A program made the translations under genes and the position numbers. DNA of 64,000 nt from Candidatus Obscuribacteraceae bacterium (GTDB taxonomy: Bacteria; Cyanobacteriota; Vampirovibrionia; Obscuribacterales; Obscuribacteraceae), in contig JBGAHS010000005.1 of the NCBI GenBank assembly GCA_044226015.1, positions 320,001 through 384,000 of the forward strand, read 5' to 3'. Below are positions 39,361 to 49,182 of the stretch, piece after piece. How positions within the stretch are numbered: the first letter of the stretch is position 1; the number at the start of each line of letters is the position of its first letter. A model generated the notes under the pieces. That model made no database searches. It saw only the letters and a program-made list of their open reading frames with translations, and was not told the DNA's origin.

Positions 39361-40209
39361 TTACTCGCGATTTCTCTCAACGTTTATAGTCTGTGGCTGC
39401 GCTTGTTTTGCTTGGGTCTTAATGACCTCTCCGACCTTCAAAGCTATGCGTTGAACGTCTTCGTCACTGGCTCCGGACTTCTTTGTAAAATTCAGCAATT
39501 CGATCGGAATCGGAAATATCAAAGTCGAATTTTTTTCTGCAGAAACTTCAACCATTGTTTGAAGTTGACGAAGCTGCATTGCGCCTGGTTCTGTGGCAAT
39601 CATTTTTGCTGCTTGAGCTAATTTTTCTGCGGCTTGAAGTTCGCCTTCGGCAGCAACAATCTTCGCTCGTCTTTCTCGTTCCGCCTCTGCCTGCCTAGCC
39701 ATAGCACGTTGCATCTGTTCTGGAATCTCAACGTCTTTTACTTCGATGGCATTAACCTTGATTCCCCAACCTTCGGTCTGTCTGTCAATGATTGCCTGAA
39801 GCTGTGCGTTGATTTTATCTCTTTCGCTGAGCAGATCATCCAGCTCATGCTGACCCAGAATGCTTCGCAATGTCGTTTGAGCTATTTGACTTGTTGCAGA
39901 GTATGGGTCTTCGATCTTTGTAACGACCTTAAAGGGGTCTACCACCTGGAAAAAACAAACTGCAGCTGTTTTTGCCGAGATGTTGTCTTTCGTGATGATT
40001 TCTTGCATCGGAATCGACATCGTAACCATACGAGTGTCTACCTTCCTAAAATTCTCGAATATTGGAAGGACCAAAACTGGACCTGGTCCTCTCACACCCT
40101 GAACGCGACCAAATCTAAAAACCACTAGTCGGTCATATTCATTGACGAATTTCAAGCTGGACAAAGCAAGCGCCAGGCCAAAAAACACCAAACCTAGAAT
40201 AATTTCCAT
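39361..40209 (-). CDS. SPFH/stomatin (slipin) family protein
   Basis: VVFRFGR, QEIITKDN, AQTTLRS, QAEAERERRAK, LRQLQT. Confidence 0.95.
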   Translation of the reverse strand: MEIILGLVFFGLALALSSLKFVNEYDRLVVFRFGRVQGVRGPGPVLVLPIFENFRKVDTRMVTMSIPMQEIITKDNISAKTAAVCFFQVVDPFKVVTKIEDPYSATSQIAQTTLRSILGQHELDDLLSERDKINAQLQAIIDRQTEGWGIKVNAIEVKDVEIPEQMQRAMARQAEAERERRAKIVAAEGELQAAEKLAQAAKMIATEPGAMQLRQLQTMVEVSAEKNSTLIFPIPIELLNFTKKSGASDEDVQRIALKVGEVIKTQAKQAQPQTINVERNRE

Positions 40210-40272
40210 GACAACGCTCCGTGAGCAAAAAGGTATATGTCAGACAAACGTGTACTTGTTCATAATACCCGT

Positions 40273-41703
40273 TTATTGCGAGTCTCGCTTAAGTTTTGAG
40301 ATGAAAAAGCCCGAGCAGGCATGTCGAGAGGGAAGAAGCTGAATTCGCCCAGCTTGCAACTGTTTCTGCGTTTCACTCCAGTGATTTTCCTGTTGCCATC
40401 TCTGCAGAATAGTTTCACCAAAGTAAGGCTCAAGATTAACTGGGCTGAAATCCTTGTGCTCTCTGAGGAAACGATCAATGTGCTCTTCGTTTTCCTCTGG
40501 TTCTATTGAACAAGTTGAATAGACAAGACTGGCACCTGGTTTCAAATAAGTCGCAACTTGCTCAAGCAGTTCGCGCTGAATTTTTATCAGTGACTCGATG
40601 TCCTCGGCTTTGCGGTTTTGGCGCAAGTCGGCTCTTCTGTTGAGAACCCCGGTTCCGCTACAAGGGGCATCAATCAATACTGATTCGCAAGGTCCTTCCG
40701 GGGAAAATTCTCTACCGTCTTTCACGACCGTTTCGATGTTCTGCAAACCAATTCTTCTTCTTTCATTTCCGAGCAGCGAGAGGCGCTTTTCGCTGGAGTC
40801 AACAGCAATCACACGACCTTTGTTCTGCATCAACTCGCCAAGGAAAATGCTCTTACCGCCTGGTGCCGCGCAGAGGTCAACGATGGTTTGCCCTGCTTTG
40901 GCATCGAGCAAAGTCACCACCAGGGCTGAGGCGTCGTCCTGAACGGAGAATAGCCCTTCAGCGTAACCGGGCAGCTTGCTGATTGGTCCAGTTTGTGAAC
41001 CTCTGTCCAGAACTTCAATACAAGAGCTCATAAGGTCAGAGCGTTTGACCGTCATACCCTTAGATTCAAATATAGAAATCAGTCCCTCTGTACTTATTGC
41101 CTCTTCGTTGCAACGTAGAATTAGGTTGGGGATCTTCTGGCTATATTCCAGAAGTGCTTCGCATTCTTCCATGGCGAATCGCTTTAGCCAACGGTTTATT
41201 ATCCATTCTGGCATCGAGAATCGCTGGCTCAATGACTTCGAATCGTTTGCTTGAGCAGCTGCCCCGTCTTGGTCAGGCTCAGTCTCCTGGGAAGGCTCTG
41301 TGTTGCCCGCGCGTTGAAAGCTTCTCAGTAGAGCATTGGCAAAACGTGCCGAACCTTCGTGTCCCGTTTTTCGCGCGATTTCTACCGAAGTATTTATCAC
41401 TGCAGATGGTGGCACGTCTTTCATGTGCACAAGTTGGAAAATCGCTGTTCTCAGAACTGCTCGCAGCACGGGGTTGAGCTTCTCTATAGGCTTCTTACTG
41501 AACTTACTGATCTGAGCATCGATTTCCAGTTGATGGCGCAAAGTTCCCTGCACTATGTAGGTCACGAAAGCTCTGTCGCGCTCTTGAAGGGTATTCTTTG
41601 CAAACGCATTATTTAAAGCCTGATTAGCAAAAGCTGACTCTTGCTCGACTTTTAGTAAAACCTCTACGGCAGTTCTTCTAGATGCTAAACCCTGCATTGA
41701 CAT
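40273..41703 (-). CDS. rsmB: 16S rRNA m5C967 methyltransferase
   Basis: NusB-like N-terminus, VQD, DLCAAPGGKS, DAPCSGTG, YSTCS; start overlaps fmt stop (TAATG). Confidence 0.95.
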   Translation of the reverse strand: MSMQGLASRRTAVEVLLKVEQESAFANQALNNAFAKNTLQERDRAFVTYIVQGTLRHQLEIDAQISKFSKKPIEKLNPVLRAVLRTAIFQLVHMKDVPPSAVINTSVEIARKTGHEGSARFANALLRSFQRAGNTEPSQETEPDQDGAAAQANDSKSLSQRFSMPEWIINRWLKRFAMEECEALLEYSQKIPNLILRCNEEAISTEGLISIFESKGMTVKRSDLMSSCIEVLDRGSQTGPISKLPGYAEGLFSVQDDASALVVTLLDAKAGQTIVDLCAAPGGKSIFLGELMQNKGRVIAVDSSEKRLSLLGNERRRIGLQNIETVVKDGREFSPEGPCESVLIDAPCSGTGVLNRRADLRQNRKAEDIESLIKIQRELLEQVATYLKPGASLVYSTCSIEPEENEEHIDRFLREHKDFSPVNLEPYFGETILQRWQQENHWSETQKQLQAGRIQLLPSRHACSGFFISKLKRDSQ

Positions 41704-42662
41704 TAGCTCACGCTCAACTTGATGCCGGGCTTCATTCGCAAACCATTCGCCCATGCGCTTGCGGGCATTTTGCCTTTGCTGGCTGGCTTCACGTCGATGA
41801 TCTCGATTGCCTCATTGCCTCGTGAACCGCAAGCCACGATAAATTGACCTGCAGTTTTTATCACCGTACCAGGCTCATGTTCTGACATGGTGGCATTTTT
41901 TTGTTCCAGCAGTTTGGTGCTCACAACTTTGACTTGTTGCCCATCCAGATGTGTGTATGTGCCCGGCCAGCCCACAAGACCTCTGCAGAGGTTGTGAATG
42001 TCCTTTGCTGACTTAGTCCAGTCAATGTTACCCATTTCTTTCTTCAGCAGTGGCGCATAGCTGGCTTCATCATTATTTTGATCTTCAGGAAGAAGGTTGC
42101 CCTCCATGAGTTTCCTCAAGGTTTCCTTCAATAAATCTGCTCCTACCAGTGACATAGCAACAGAGAGTGACTCTGCGTCCATATCATCGGTTATAGCAAT
42201 TTCTCGTTTTAGCAACATCTTGCCAGTGTCGATACCCGGGTCTGAATACATGGTAGTGACACCAGTAATGGTGTCACCGTTAATAATCGCCCAATTTATC
42301 GGCGCTGCACCGCGCAACTTCGGAAGTAAGGAGCCATGCACATTCATGACACCAAATCTGGCCATGTTGAGCACGTTTTTTCTAAGTATTTGTCCGAAGG
42401 CGACAGTCACAAGAATGTCTGGCTTGAGTTCGGCCATGGCTTCGACTATCTCGGGTGATTTTGACAGCTTTTCAGGCTGAAACACCGGAATATTGTGTCG
42501 CTCGGCGATTAGTTTGGTAGGAGGCGGAAAAATGTTTTTGCCTCGCCCTGCGGGTCGGTCTGGCTGAGTTACAAGACCGACAACTGTGACATCATTCCAA
42601 GCGATTAGGGTTTCCAGCGAAGGAACCGCAAATTCCGGTGTGCCTAAAAAGAGAATTCTCAC
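41703..42662 (-). CDS. fmt: Methionyl-tRNA formyltransferase
   Basis: GTPEFA, TQPDRPAGRG, NVHGSLLP.LRGAAPI, DTG. Confidence 0.97.
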   Translation of the reverse strand: MRILFLGTPEFAVPSLETLIAWNDVTVVGLVTQPDRPAGRGKNIFPPPTKLIAERHNIPVFQPEKLSKSPEIVEAMAELKPDILVTVAFGQILRKNVLNMARFGVMNVHGSLLPKLRGAAPINWAIINGDTITGVTTMYSDPGIDTGKMLLKREIAITDDMDAESLSVAMSLVGADLLKETLRKLMEGNLLPEDQNNDEASYAPLLKKEMGNIDWTKSAKDIHNLCRGLVGWPGTYTHLDGQQVKVVSTKLLEQKNATMSEHEPGTVIKTAGQFIVACGSRGNEAIEIIDVKPASKGKMPASAWANGLRMKPGIKLSVS

Positions 42663-42874
42663 TTTTCTAGCCTGATTTCTACTACGTGATCAAAATTCAA
42701 CACTGTGCGATCGTCTAGCACGATATACATCAAACGCTTTTCATCAAAAACTATGTTGGTTAAGAGTCCGAGGTGTTTGCTCTGAATCGCTGTTACTGCA
42801 GCCACTGTTCTGCCGACCCATTGGCGCAAGTAAATTGGACGGTCGCCACCACCACCACCTTGTCTTTCGTGCAT
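42659..42874 (-). CDS. 71-aa hypothetical protein, possible Sm/Hfq-like fold
   Basis: AGGAGG RBS before ATG 42874; stop overlaps fmt start; helix plus five-strand pattern. Confidence 0.65.
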   Translation of the reverse strand: MHERQGGGGGDRPIYLRQWVGRTVAAVTAIQSKHLGLLTNIVFDEKRLMYIVLDDRTVLNFDHVVEIRLEK

Positions 42875-43068
42875 AAGAATTTGACCTCCTGTCATAATAA
42901 ACCTCATGATAATAATACCGCCCCTGCAAGCTTTTGCTCCTGCTTGGCATGCTTGCAAGCAACAAAATTCGAACAAGAGACTTCTTTTATATTCGTTCAT
43001 CGTTTGCTTGCTATACTTTGACGTTTCTTAGTTACTGTTTTGGCTCTAGCTAACGGATTTATGCAAGC

Positions 43069-43923
43069 ATGCAAAATTTGCAGAGGTTTCCGAAAACAGC
43101 ACTGACGCTCATTCCTGCTGGACTGTGGCTTACGCTTTTCATGATTGTTCCTCTTGCAATCATCGTGGTTTTCAGTGTGGGACACCGAACTGAACTTGGA
43201 ACTTTTGCATTTGGCTTTAGCTTCGACAATTATCTGCGATTCATCCAGGGCCCATATTTGAGTTGTCTCTGGCGCTCGATAGTTCTTTCATTTGCCACAA
43301 CATCACTCTGTTTGCTGCTTGGTTTTCCAGTTGCCGCCTGGCTGGCTTTTGTTGTTCCAAAAGAAAAGCAGAACTTATTCATGGTATTGCTCACGGTGCC
43401 GATCTCAATTTCCTTTTTGTTGCGAATTTATGCCTGGATAACCATACTTAGACCGGCAGGGCTGGCTACCCATCTTATGCAAGGGCTTGGCTTCGCAAAT
43501 CCTCCTGTGCTGTTGTATACCTATTGGGCGGTTCTTTTAGGCATGGTATACAACTACGTGACTTACATGATTTTGCCACTCTATGCTTCGTTGGAAAAAT
43601 TAGATTGGCGTCTGGTTGAAGCATCATATGATTTAGGTGCCACACCTTTTCAGTCATTGTTTCGTGTTATTGTGCCACTGAGCTTCAGAGGCATTGTTGC
43701 TGGAATCATCATGGTTTTTGTGCCAAGTTTGGGCGATTATGTCACCCCCGATTTGATGGGTGGTGCCAAGAATATGTACATTGGAAGTTTGATTCAGAAC
43801 CAGTATCTAATCGTTCGTGATTGGGCCTTCGGTTCTGCTGTGTCTACCATTTTACTTCTTATCGTTGGTGTTGCAGTCTGGCTTTACCTTAAGTATGGCG
43901 AAAAAGACAGCTCTATGCTTTAG
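43069..43923 (+). CDS. potB: Spermidine/putrescine ABC permease, PotB-like
   Basis: LRIYAW, MILPLY.SLEKLD..L.EAS.DLGA, LMGG, RDWAFGSA. Confidence 0.85.
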   Translation: MQNLQRFPKTALTLIPAGLWLTLFMIVPLAIIVVFSVGHRTELGTFAFGFSFDNYLRFIQGPYLSCLWRSIVLSFATTSLCLLLGFPVAAWLAFVVPKEKQNLFMVLLTVPISISFLLRIYAWITILRPAGLATHLMQGLGFANPPVLLYTYWAVLLGMVYNYVTYMILPLYASLEKLDWRLVEASYDLGATPFQSLFRVIVPLSFRGIVAGIIMVFVPSLGDYVTPDLMGGAKNMYIGSLIQNQYLIVRDWAFGSAVSTILLLIVGVAVWLYLKYGEKDSSML

Positions 43924-44525
43924 GGTCTAATCTTATTCAAGATTGAACCCAATCTATCGTAGTCATCTCTGAAAAGCCTTGAGATCTGCTGCCCGGCGCT
44001 GACAAGAAAAGTATATTCGTCTTCTTGTTCTTTAGCTGCAATGCGAATGCTGGCTGCCAGCAACTCATCGATTGGGACACCTGTGGTATTTTGCAAAATT
44101 CGCAAAAAATCGAATCTTTCTGTCAATTGCTGCATTTCTTGTTTTGATGCAAAATAGACAAAATCGTGCACCTCTGGTGGTGAAGGTGGTAATGAACTCA
44201 CGCATTTTTCGTGCTGTTTGTAACCTACAATCGTGGCGTAGATTTCGGTCTTTAGAAGTGCGAAAATTTGCGGTTGCTCTCGTCTCAATTCTGCTCTGGT
44301 CATTCTGAGTGCGGCTGGCTTGTGATGCTGATCTACTGAGCCAGTGATGATGTTGTGCACAACTGCGTAAACACTGAGGGATTTTTCTTCCGAGACCGCT
44401 TTGATGAAACTGCCGAAACTGGGCAGCTGCGCTACTCCACTGAAGTCGCCATCTTCAGTCCAGGCTTGCGCTGTGAAGCCCGTTATGGTTGATGTTAGTA
44501 CCTCTCCAATCGCGCTAGTGCTCAT
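43920..44525 (-). CDS. Conserved hypothetical protein (HAS-barrel-like, cyanobacterial type)
   Basis: IGEV......F.AQ, P.FGSF, LRREQPQIFALL.T, PP.PPEVH, LFRDDY. Confidence 0.7.
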   Translation of the reverse strand: MSTSAIGEVLTSTITGFTAQAWTEDGDFSGVAQLPSFGSFIKAVSEEKSLSVYAVVHNIITGSVDQHHKPAALRMTRAELRREQPQIFALLKTEIYATIVGYKQHEKCVSSLPPSPPEVHDFVYFASKQEMQQLTERFDFLRILQNTTGVPIDELLAASIRIAAKEQEDEYTFLVSAGQQISRLFRDDYDRLGSILNKIRP

Positions 44526-44534
44526 GGTCGCAAC

Positions 44535-45050
44535 TTAGTCCGTAGGTGGATTCAGTTTATCTGGTACGTATTCATCCTTCGAGACTTCTGGTGTGCCTTC
44601 CGGCTCGACATTCACAGAGAGACTTATCGATGTCTGATTTTTTCCATCAGACGAAATCATGATGCTTCCCTCAAGCCTGTCTTTCTTGGCTGTCAAATTA
44701 ACCAGCTCGGAAAGCATCTGATTTTGATGTAACTCCCAACCACCCTTTTTCAGTTCGGCTTGATAGAAGTCGGAAACTTTGCTTACTGGGTCGGGAGAAC
44801 TTAGCATCAAGAAACTGTTTTGTTCCTCTTCACTCTTTGCTTGCACTTCTCCAGTTGGTTTTGAATTTGGATAAATCGGCAGCAAGAATGATTTTTCTGC
44901 TGAGATGGTATCTTTGCCAGCAACAAAAGTCTGCGTCATGCCGCCAGATTTGTACGAAACCTCCTGACTTGAAGAGCAGGAACTCAGCAAAAAGGTTGCA
45001 ATAATGACAGCCAGCGAGACATTTTTTTGTTGGACTTTCAACGCGTGCAT
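44535..45050 (-). CDS. Hypothetical lipoprotein
   Basis: Lipobox LSSC; LPIYP and V.DFY..EL...GW patterns; start moved to 45050. Confidence 0.7.
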   Translation of the reverse strand: MHALKVQQKNVSLAVIIATFLLSSCSSSQEVSYKSGGMTQTFVAGKDTISAEKSFLLPIYPNSKPTGEVQAKSEEEQNSFLMLSSPDPVSKVSDFYQAELKKGGWELHQNQMLSELVNLTAKKDRLEGSIMISSDGKNQTSISLSVNVEPEGTPEVSKDEYVPDKLNPPTD

Positions 45051-45124
45051 TTCAATTACCATTTCACAAGAAACTAGAATATATTCTATCCTTGAATGTG
45101 TGGCTTCTGTATGAGCTGAATCGA

Positions 45125-46306
45125 ATGCTACTTGACTTGAAAAACAAGAAATCCAATGATTTGCTGCGCCTGGCGCTTTCCACTTTGCTGATTGGCTACT
45201 TAAGTTGTGCTCATTCTTCCCTGGTTTCTGCACAGGAAGTCAATGCTCATGCTGCCAATTCCATGGGAAAGCAGCTCTTTGGACCTGACACCATAGCAGA
45301 CCTCGTTGATCAGGTGGCTCCGTCGGTTGTAAATATCGTGAGTACGAGCCAGATCAGCCGCGATCAGGCGATGAGATTGAAGCTTGATCAAAGAGGTCGC
45401 GAAGACGGCGTCCATAAATTGCGCAAGCATTTCGGTCTCGAAACTCCGACCGAGGAGATAGGTAATCAGACGAGGACAACCGGCGCTGGTATTCTGCTGC
45501 GCTCTGATGGTTATGTCTTGACTAGCTTGCATGTCGTCCGAAACGCAGACGAAGTGCGTGTGACATTGAAAGACGGTCGCCGATATGACGCCAAAGTTAT
45601 TGGGCGTGATGGCTTCAGCGACCTCGCGGTAATAAAGATTGCTGCTACTGGCTTGCCAACTGTAAGGTTCGCCGACCCGAGTAAGCTGCGCCTTGGTCAG
45701 TGGGTTTTTGCTATCGGAAATCCTTATGCCTATGAAAACTCAGTCTCGGTGGGCTTGATCAGCGGGTTGCACCGCGAAGCGAAGAATTTTACTCCCGCTT
45801 TTGGTGCTCGAACCGGAGCTCTCACGTTCATTCAAACAGATGTGCCTCTAAATCCCGGAAGCTCGGGTGGACCGCTGATAAACCTGAGTGGTGAAGTTGT
45901 TGGTATTAACAGTTTTATTCGTGATGAAGCTCAGAACATCGGTTTTGCAATTCCTGCAAATATTGTGCAAAAAATTGGTGAAGAGCTTATTGCTAAAGGC
46001 AATGCCCCACATGCTTATCTCGGTGTTGAGATGCGTGACCCTTCTGAGATCCCCACTGGGGCTGGTATTCTGCGTGGTGCCGAAGTTACTAAGGTTAAAA
46101 TTCCAAGCCCAGCCAATGCTGCTGGAATTCAAGTCGGTGACTTGATTGTGGAGATGGATTCCGCTGCGATTGACGGTCCTAATGATGTCAGCCGGGTGAT
46201 TGCCAATCATTCAGCTGGCGATCAGGTCAGTGTGCACCTGAAGCGCGCTGGAGCCGACAAGAATGTGTCAGTCAAAGTGGAAAACTTACCAGACGATTTT
46301 GATTAG
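45125..46306 (+). CDS. HtrA/DegP-family serine protease with PDZ domain
   Basis: TSLHV, DLAVIK, NPGSSGGPL, C-terminal PDZ. Confidence 0.93.
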   Translation: MLLDLKNKKSNDLLRLALSTLLIGYLSCAHSSLVSAQEVNAHAANSMGKQLFGPDTIADLVDQVAPSVVNIVSTSQISRDQAMRLKLDQRGREDGVHKLRKHFGLETPTEEIGNQTRTTGAGILLRSDGYVLTSLHVVRNADEVRVTLKDGRRYDAKVIGRDGFSDLAVIKIAATGLPTVRFADPSKLRLGQWVFAIGNPYAYENSVSVGLISGLHREAKNFTPAFGARTGALTFIQTDVPLNPGSSGGPLINLSGEVVGINSFIRDEAQNIGFAIPANIVQKIGEELIAKGNAPHAYLGVEMRDPSEIPTGAGILRGAEVTKVKIPSPANAAGIQVGDLIVEMDSAAIDGPNDVSRVIANHSAGDQVSVHLKRAGADKNVSVKVENLPDDFD

Positions 46307-46380
46307 TTTCTCTAGCAACAAATACTTATGACAGCAAAGTACTGAACCCAATACCTTGCTTTGTTGCTACTTGTAAATAA

Positions 46381-46455
<75 letters not shown>

Positions 46456-46473
46456 GTTCCAATTTTAGAAATT

Positions 46474-46546
46474 TGGACGGTACTGGATTCGAACCAGTGA
46501 CCCCCACTATGTCAAAGTGATGCGCTACCAACTGCGCCAACCGTCC
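46474..46546 (-). tRNA. tRNA-Val(GAC)
   Basis: GGACGGTTGGCGCAGTTGGTAGCGCATCACTTTGACATAGTGGGGGTCACTGGTTCGAATCCAGTACCGTCCA; CCA not encoded. Confidence 0.95.
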
Positions 46547-46560
46547 GGGTCAGGTTTGCC

Positions 46561-46589
46561 ATTGTATCCTGAATCAACCCCGGGTGCAA
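46561..46589 (-). promoter_or_regulatory. Sigma70 promoter of the tRNA-Val/tRNA-Cys operon
   Basis: TTGCAC-17 bp-TACAAT just upstream of tRNA-Val. Confidence 0.8.
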
Positions 46590-46651
46590 ATCACTTGTTA
46601 CACTTCTGCAAAAGGCTGCTATTTATTGACTGGCAGTCATTTGCGGACGGT

Positions 46652-47629
46652 CTATTTCACTTGCATGCTCTTGCGAACTTTTGCAGGACTGTTCAACAAA
46701 TTTAGCGGTTCTTCATTTTGTCTGTACAGTGTCAGATTCTTCGCGATGGCTTTAATAACGCCTTTTACTGATTCATCAGTGTTGCCACCGATATGAGGTG
46801 TTGCCACCACATTTCGTTTGAACAAATCGAGGTTCGGATTCTCTGGCTCTTTCTCGAATACGTCGAGTCCTGCTCCAGCGATATGTCCGTTTTCTAGAGC
46901 TTCTTCGAGTGCTTCAGTATCAACGACGGCACCGCGTCCGACATTGATGAGAAAGGCTCCAGTTTTCATTTGCGCGAGTCTTTCTTTATTGAACATATGA
47001 TGTGTCGATTTACTTTCTGGAATTGCCAGAATGACAAAATCAGCATCTTTTAGCGCCTCACCGAGTTCGTTTGTACCAAACACTTTTTCAACTCCGCAAT
47101 CCGCAGGCGCACCATGTTCAGGGTGATTTCTCACCGCTGACAATTTCATGCCGAATGCTTTTAGCCTCATTGCGAGCAATTTGCCAATGTCACCCAATCC
47201 AACTATGCAAGCTGTTTTATTCCAGAGTGCCATTCCTTGTGGCTTAAAAAATACGCCTTCATGTAAATTTTTGCGTGCGAGGTCCACATTCCTGGCTAGC
47301 ATCATCATTTGCATGATGGCTAATTCGGCTACAGATTCACCGTTTCCACTTCCTGCAGCCGGAACGTTCGCAACCCAGACACCCGATTTGGTGGCACTCT
47401 CGATGTCGACGGAGTCTACTCCAACTCCGAGTTGCTGAATCAAACCAAAAGAGCCAGCCGAGATAATAGCCGCGTCTATTTTGGCAACGGAGGGCACCAC
47501 GACATCAATTCCTTCTAAATGATTTGCAACATCTTCAGGTGCGCAGCTAATTACCTCGACACCAGGAACTAGCTTATTTAGAATCTTTGCTGCATCTGGA
47601 TAGCTTTTGTTGCAAAGGAGAATCTTCAT
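46652..47629 (-). CDS. D-isomer-specific 2-hydroxyacid dehydrogenase
   Basis: GLGDIG, INVGRG, LDVFEKEP, TPHIGG. Confidence 0.93.
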   Translation of the reverse strand: MKILLCNKSYPDAAKILNKLVPGVEVISCAPEDVANHLEGIDVVVPSVAKIDAAIISAGSFGLIQQLGVGVDSVDIESATKSGVWVANVPAAGSGNGESVAELAIMQMMMLARNVDLARKNLHEGVFFKPQGMALWNKTACIVGLGDIGKLLAMRLKAFGMKLSAVRNHPEHGAPADCGVEKVFGTNELGEALKDADFVILAIPESKSTHHMFNKERLAQMKTGAFLINVGRGAVVDTEALEEALENGHIAGAGLDVFEKEPENPNLDLFKRNVVATPHIGGNTDESVKGVIKAIAKNLTLYRQNEEPLNLLNSPAKVRKSMQVK

Positions 47630-47688
47630 TTATCGGCTCCACGACGGGGCGTCGATCATGTCACAAAAGACTCTGAATTGCCAACAGT

Positions 47689-49017
47689 TTACTTCTTTAG
47701 TATTCGCCATTCCCATGACTCGACGTTTGTTGTCGATGGAATCACAAACGCCTCTATTTTTCCTTTTCGAATTTGATCGAGCACTTTAGCGCCTGAAAAG
47801 CCGAGTTGCTGAGACGCTTCTGTGAGGCTCAAAGAGCCTCGGGTTTGGCTTCTTTCAATCATGTCCATAAAGTAGTTCAGGTTTCTTGCTGGAACTGAAT
47901 TGGTACCAACACCAAAAATATTCAGGACCGGATTGCTCGACGTCATAACACCGACGACTTCGCCCCTGGTAGAAATTGCAGGACCTCCCGACATGCCTGG
48001 CCATGCCTTTCCACCTTTTATTGTTCGAGTGAGCCCCCCTGCGACTTCTGGACCTAAATCAGCGGTGAAGGAATTCATTGTTACTCCAATTCCTTCATTA
48101 AAGTGAGCAGGACTCATGACGAATTTTTTTCCAGGAACACCCATCAATATTCCAGGTTCACCATTTGAAAATGTTCTTGCCACAGGAAGCGGTGACATTG
48201 CAGGTCCATCTTTTACGGCTAGAATTGCGAGGTCACTTTGAGGAAACCCTGCAACTATTGCGGCATTTCCCCGCTCTGTTTTGTTCAGGAAAGTCCAATT
48301 TGTTCCTGGCTTATCTTGAATGACGTGAAACGCTGTGGCAAGCTTTTGCGGCTCGATAGCAAATGAACTGCCAATAAATCTCATTCCTGTGGCATCTGGC
48401 TCAGATGCGATGCGGTATACAGAATTGTCGAATTGTGTTTGGTATTTGTCTTTCATGAAACCAAGTATGGCTCGATTCTCAACTTGATTTGCGGCAATTT
48501 TTCCGCCAATCAAACCGCTGACCATGCCCAATGACGCGTCGAAGAGGAAAGGACCCACCGTATCGGCGATTTTTCGTGATTGTTCTTGAACATTGGACTC
48601 AGTCCGCGAATTCCATGTTTGCTGCCAGGCACCGCCCATGGTGTTGAATTGTTCCGGCAATGTTCTAACTGAATTTGCCAAAATTGAATAGGTCATTGCT
48701 GTACTGATAACCGGCACAACATAACGAAGCGGAGTATTCGCACTAGCAAAGCGCACAATTCCGTAGCTTAAACCTGCAAATCCTGCGGTTTGCAACGCTG
48801 TCTCAGGAAAATGGTTTTGTAATCTGTCTCCTGTGGTTTTGGCTAAGCCAATAGCTGAACCCCCGATGAAGACCTGAGCTTCTCTGAGCAATTTCTCTGA
48901 AAGACTGTCTTCATGTTCTAACTCTTTCGAGATAGTCAGATCGCTTAAACGGCGATAAGGACTCACGTCTATGCTTCCAGACGCTTCCATCCGTGTTGAT
49001 CCAAATGTTTCTGCCAT
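47689..49017 (-). CDS. Trypsin-like serine protease with hydrophobic N-terminus and C-terminal HTH
   Basis: TAFHV, DLAIL, GMSGGP triad; LSLTEASQQLGFS...LDQIRKGKIEA HTH_17-like motif. Confidence 0.75.
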   Translation of the reverse strand: MAETFGSTRMEASGSIDVSPYRRLSDLTISKELEHEDSLSEKLLREAQVFIGGSAIGLAKTTGDRLQNHFPETALQTAGFAGLSYGIVRFASANTPLRYVVPVISTAMTYSILANSVRTLPEQFNTMGGAWQQTWNSRTESNVQEQSRKIADTVGPFLFDASLGMVSGLIGGKIAANQVENRAILGFMKDKYQTQFDNSVYRIASEPDATGMRFIGSSFAIEPQKLATAFHVIQDKPGTNWTFLNKTERGNAAIVAGFPQSDLAILAVKDGPAMSPLPVARTFSNGEPGILMGVPGKKFVMSPAHFNEGIGVTMNSFTADLGPEVAGGLTRTIKGGKAWPGMSGGPAISTRGEVVGVMTSSNPVLNIFGVGTNSVPARNLNYFMDMIERSQTRGSLSLTEASQQLGFSGAKVLDQIRKGKIEAFVIPSTTNVESWEWRILKK

Positions 49018-49182
49018 GCCAAACGCCCAACTGCGGTCATTTCTATCTCGCCAGCCTAAATATAGTCAGGCAGCCCAAACTTGTCTGTGGGAAGAGTACG
49101 CTGCTTGTCGAAATGCGAAAGTTCTTGGATAGCAAAGTAAATGGCGATAATACACATTCTCAAGCAGCTTTGCTGGGCCGTT

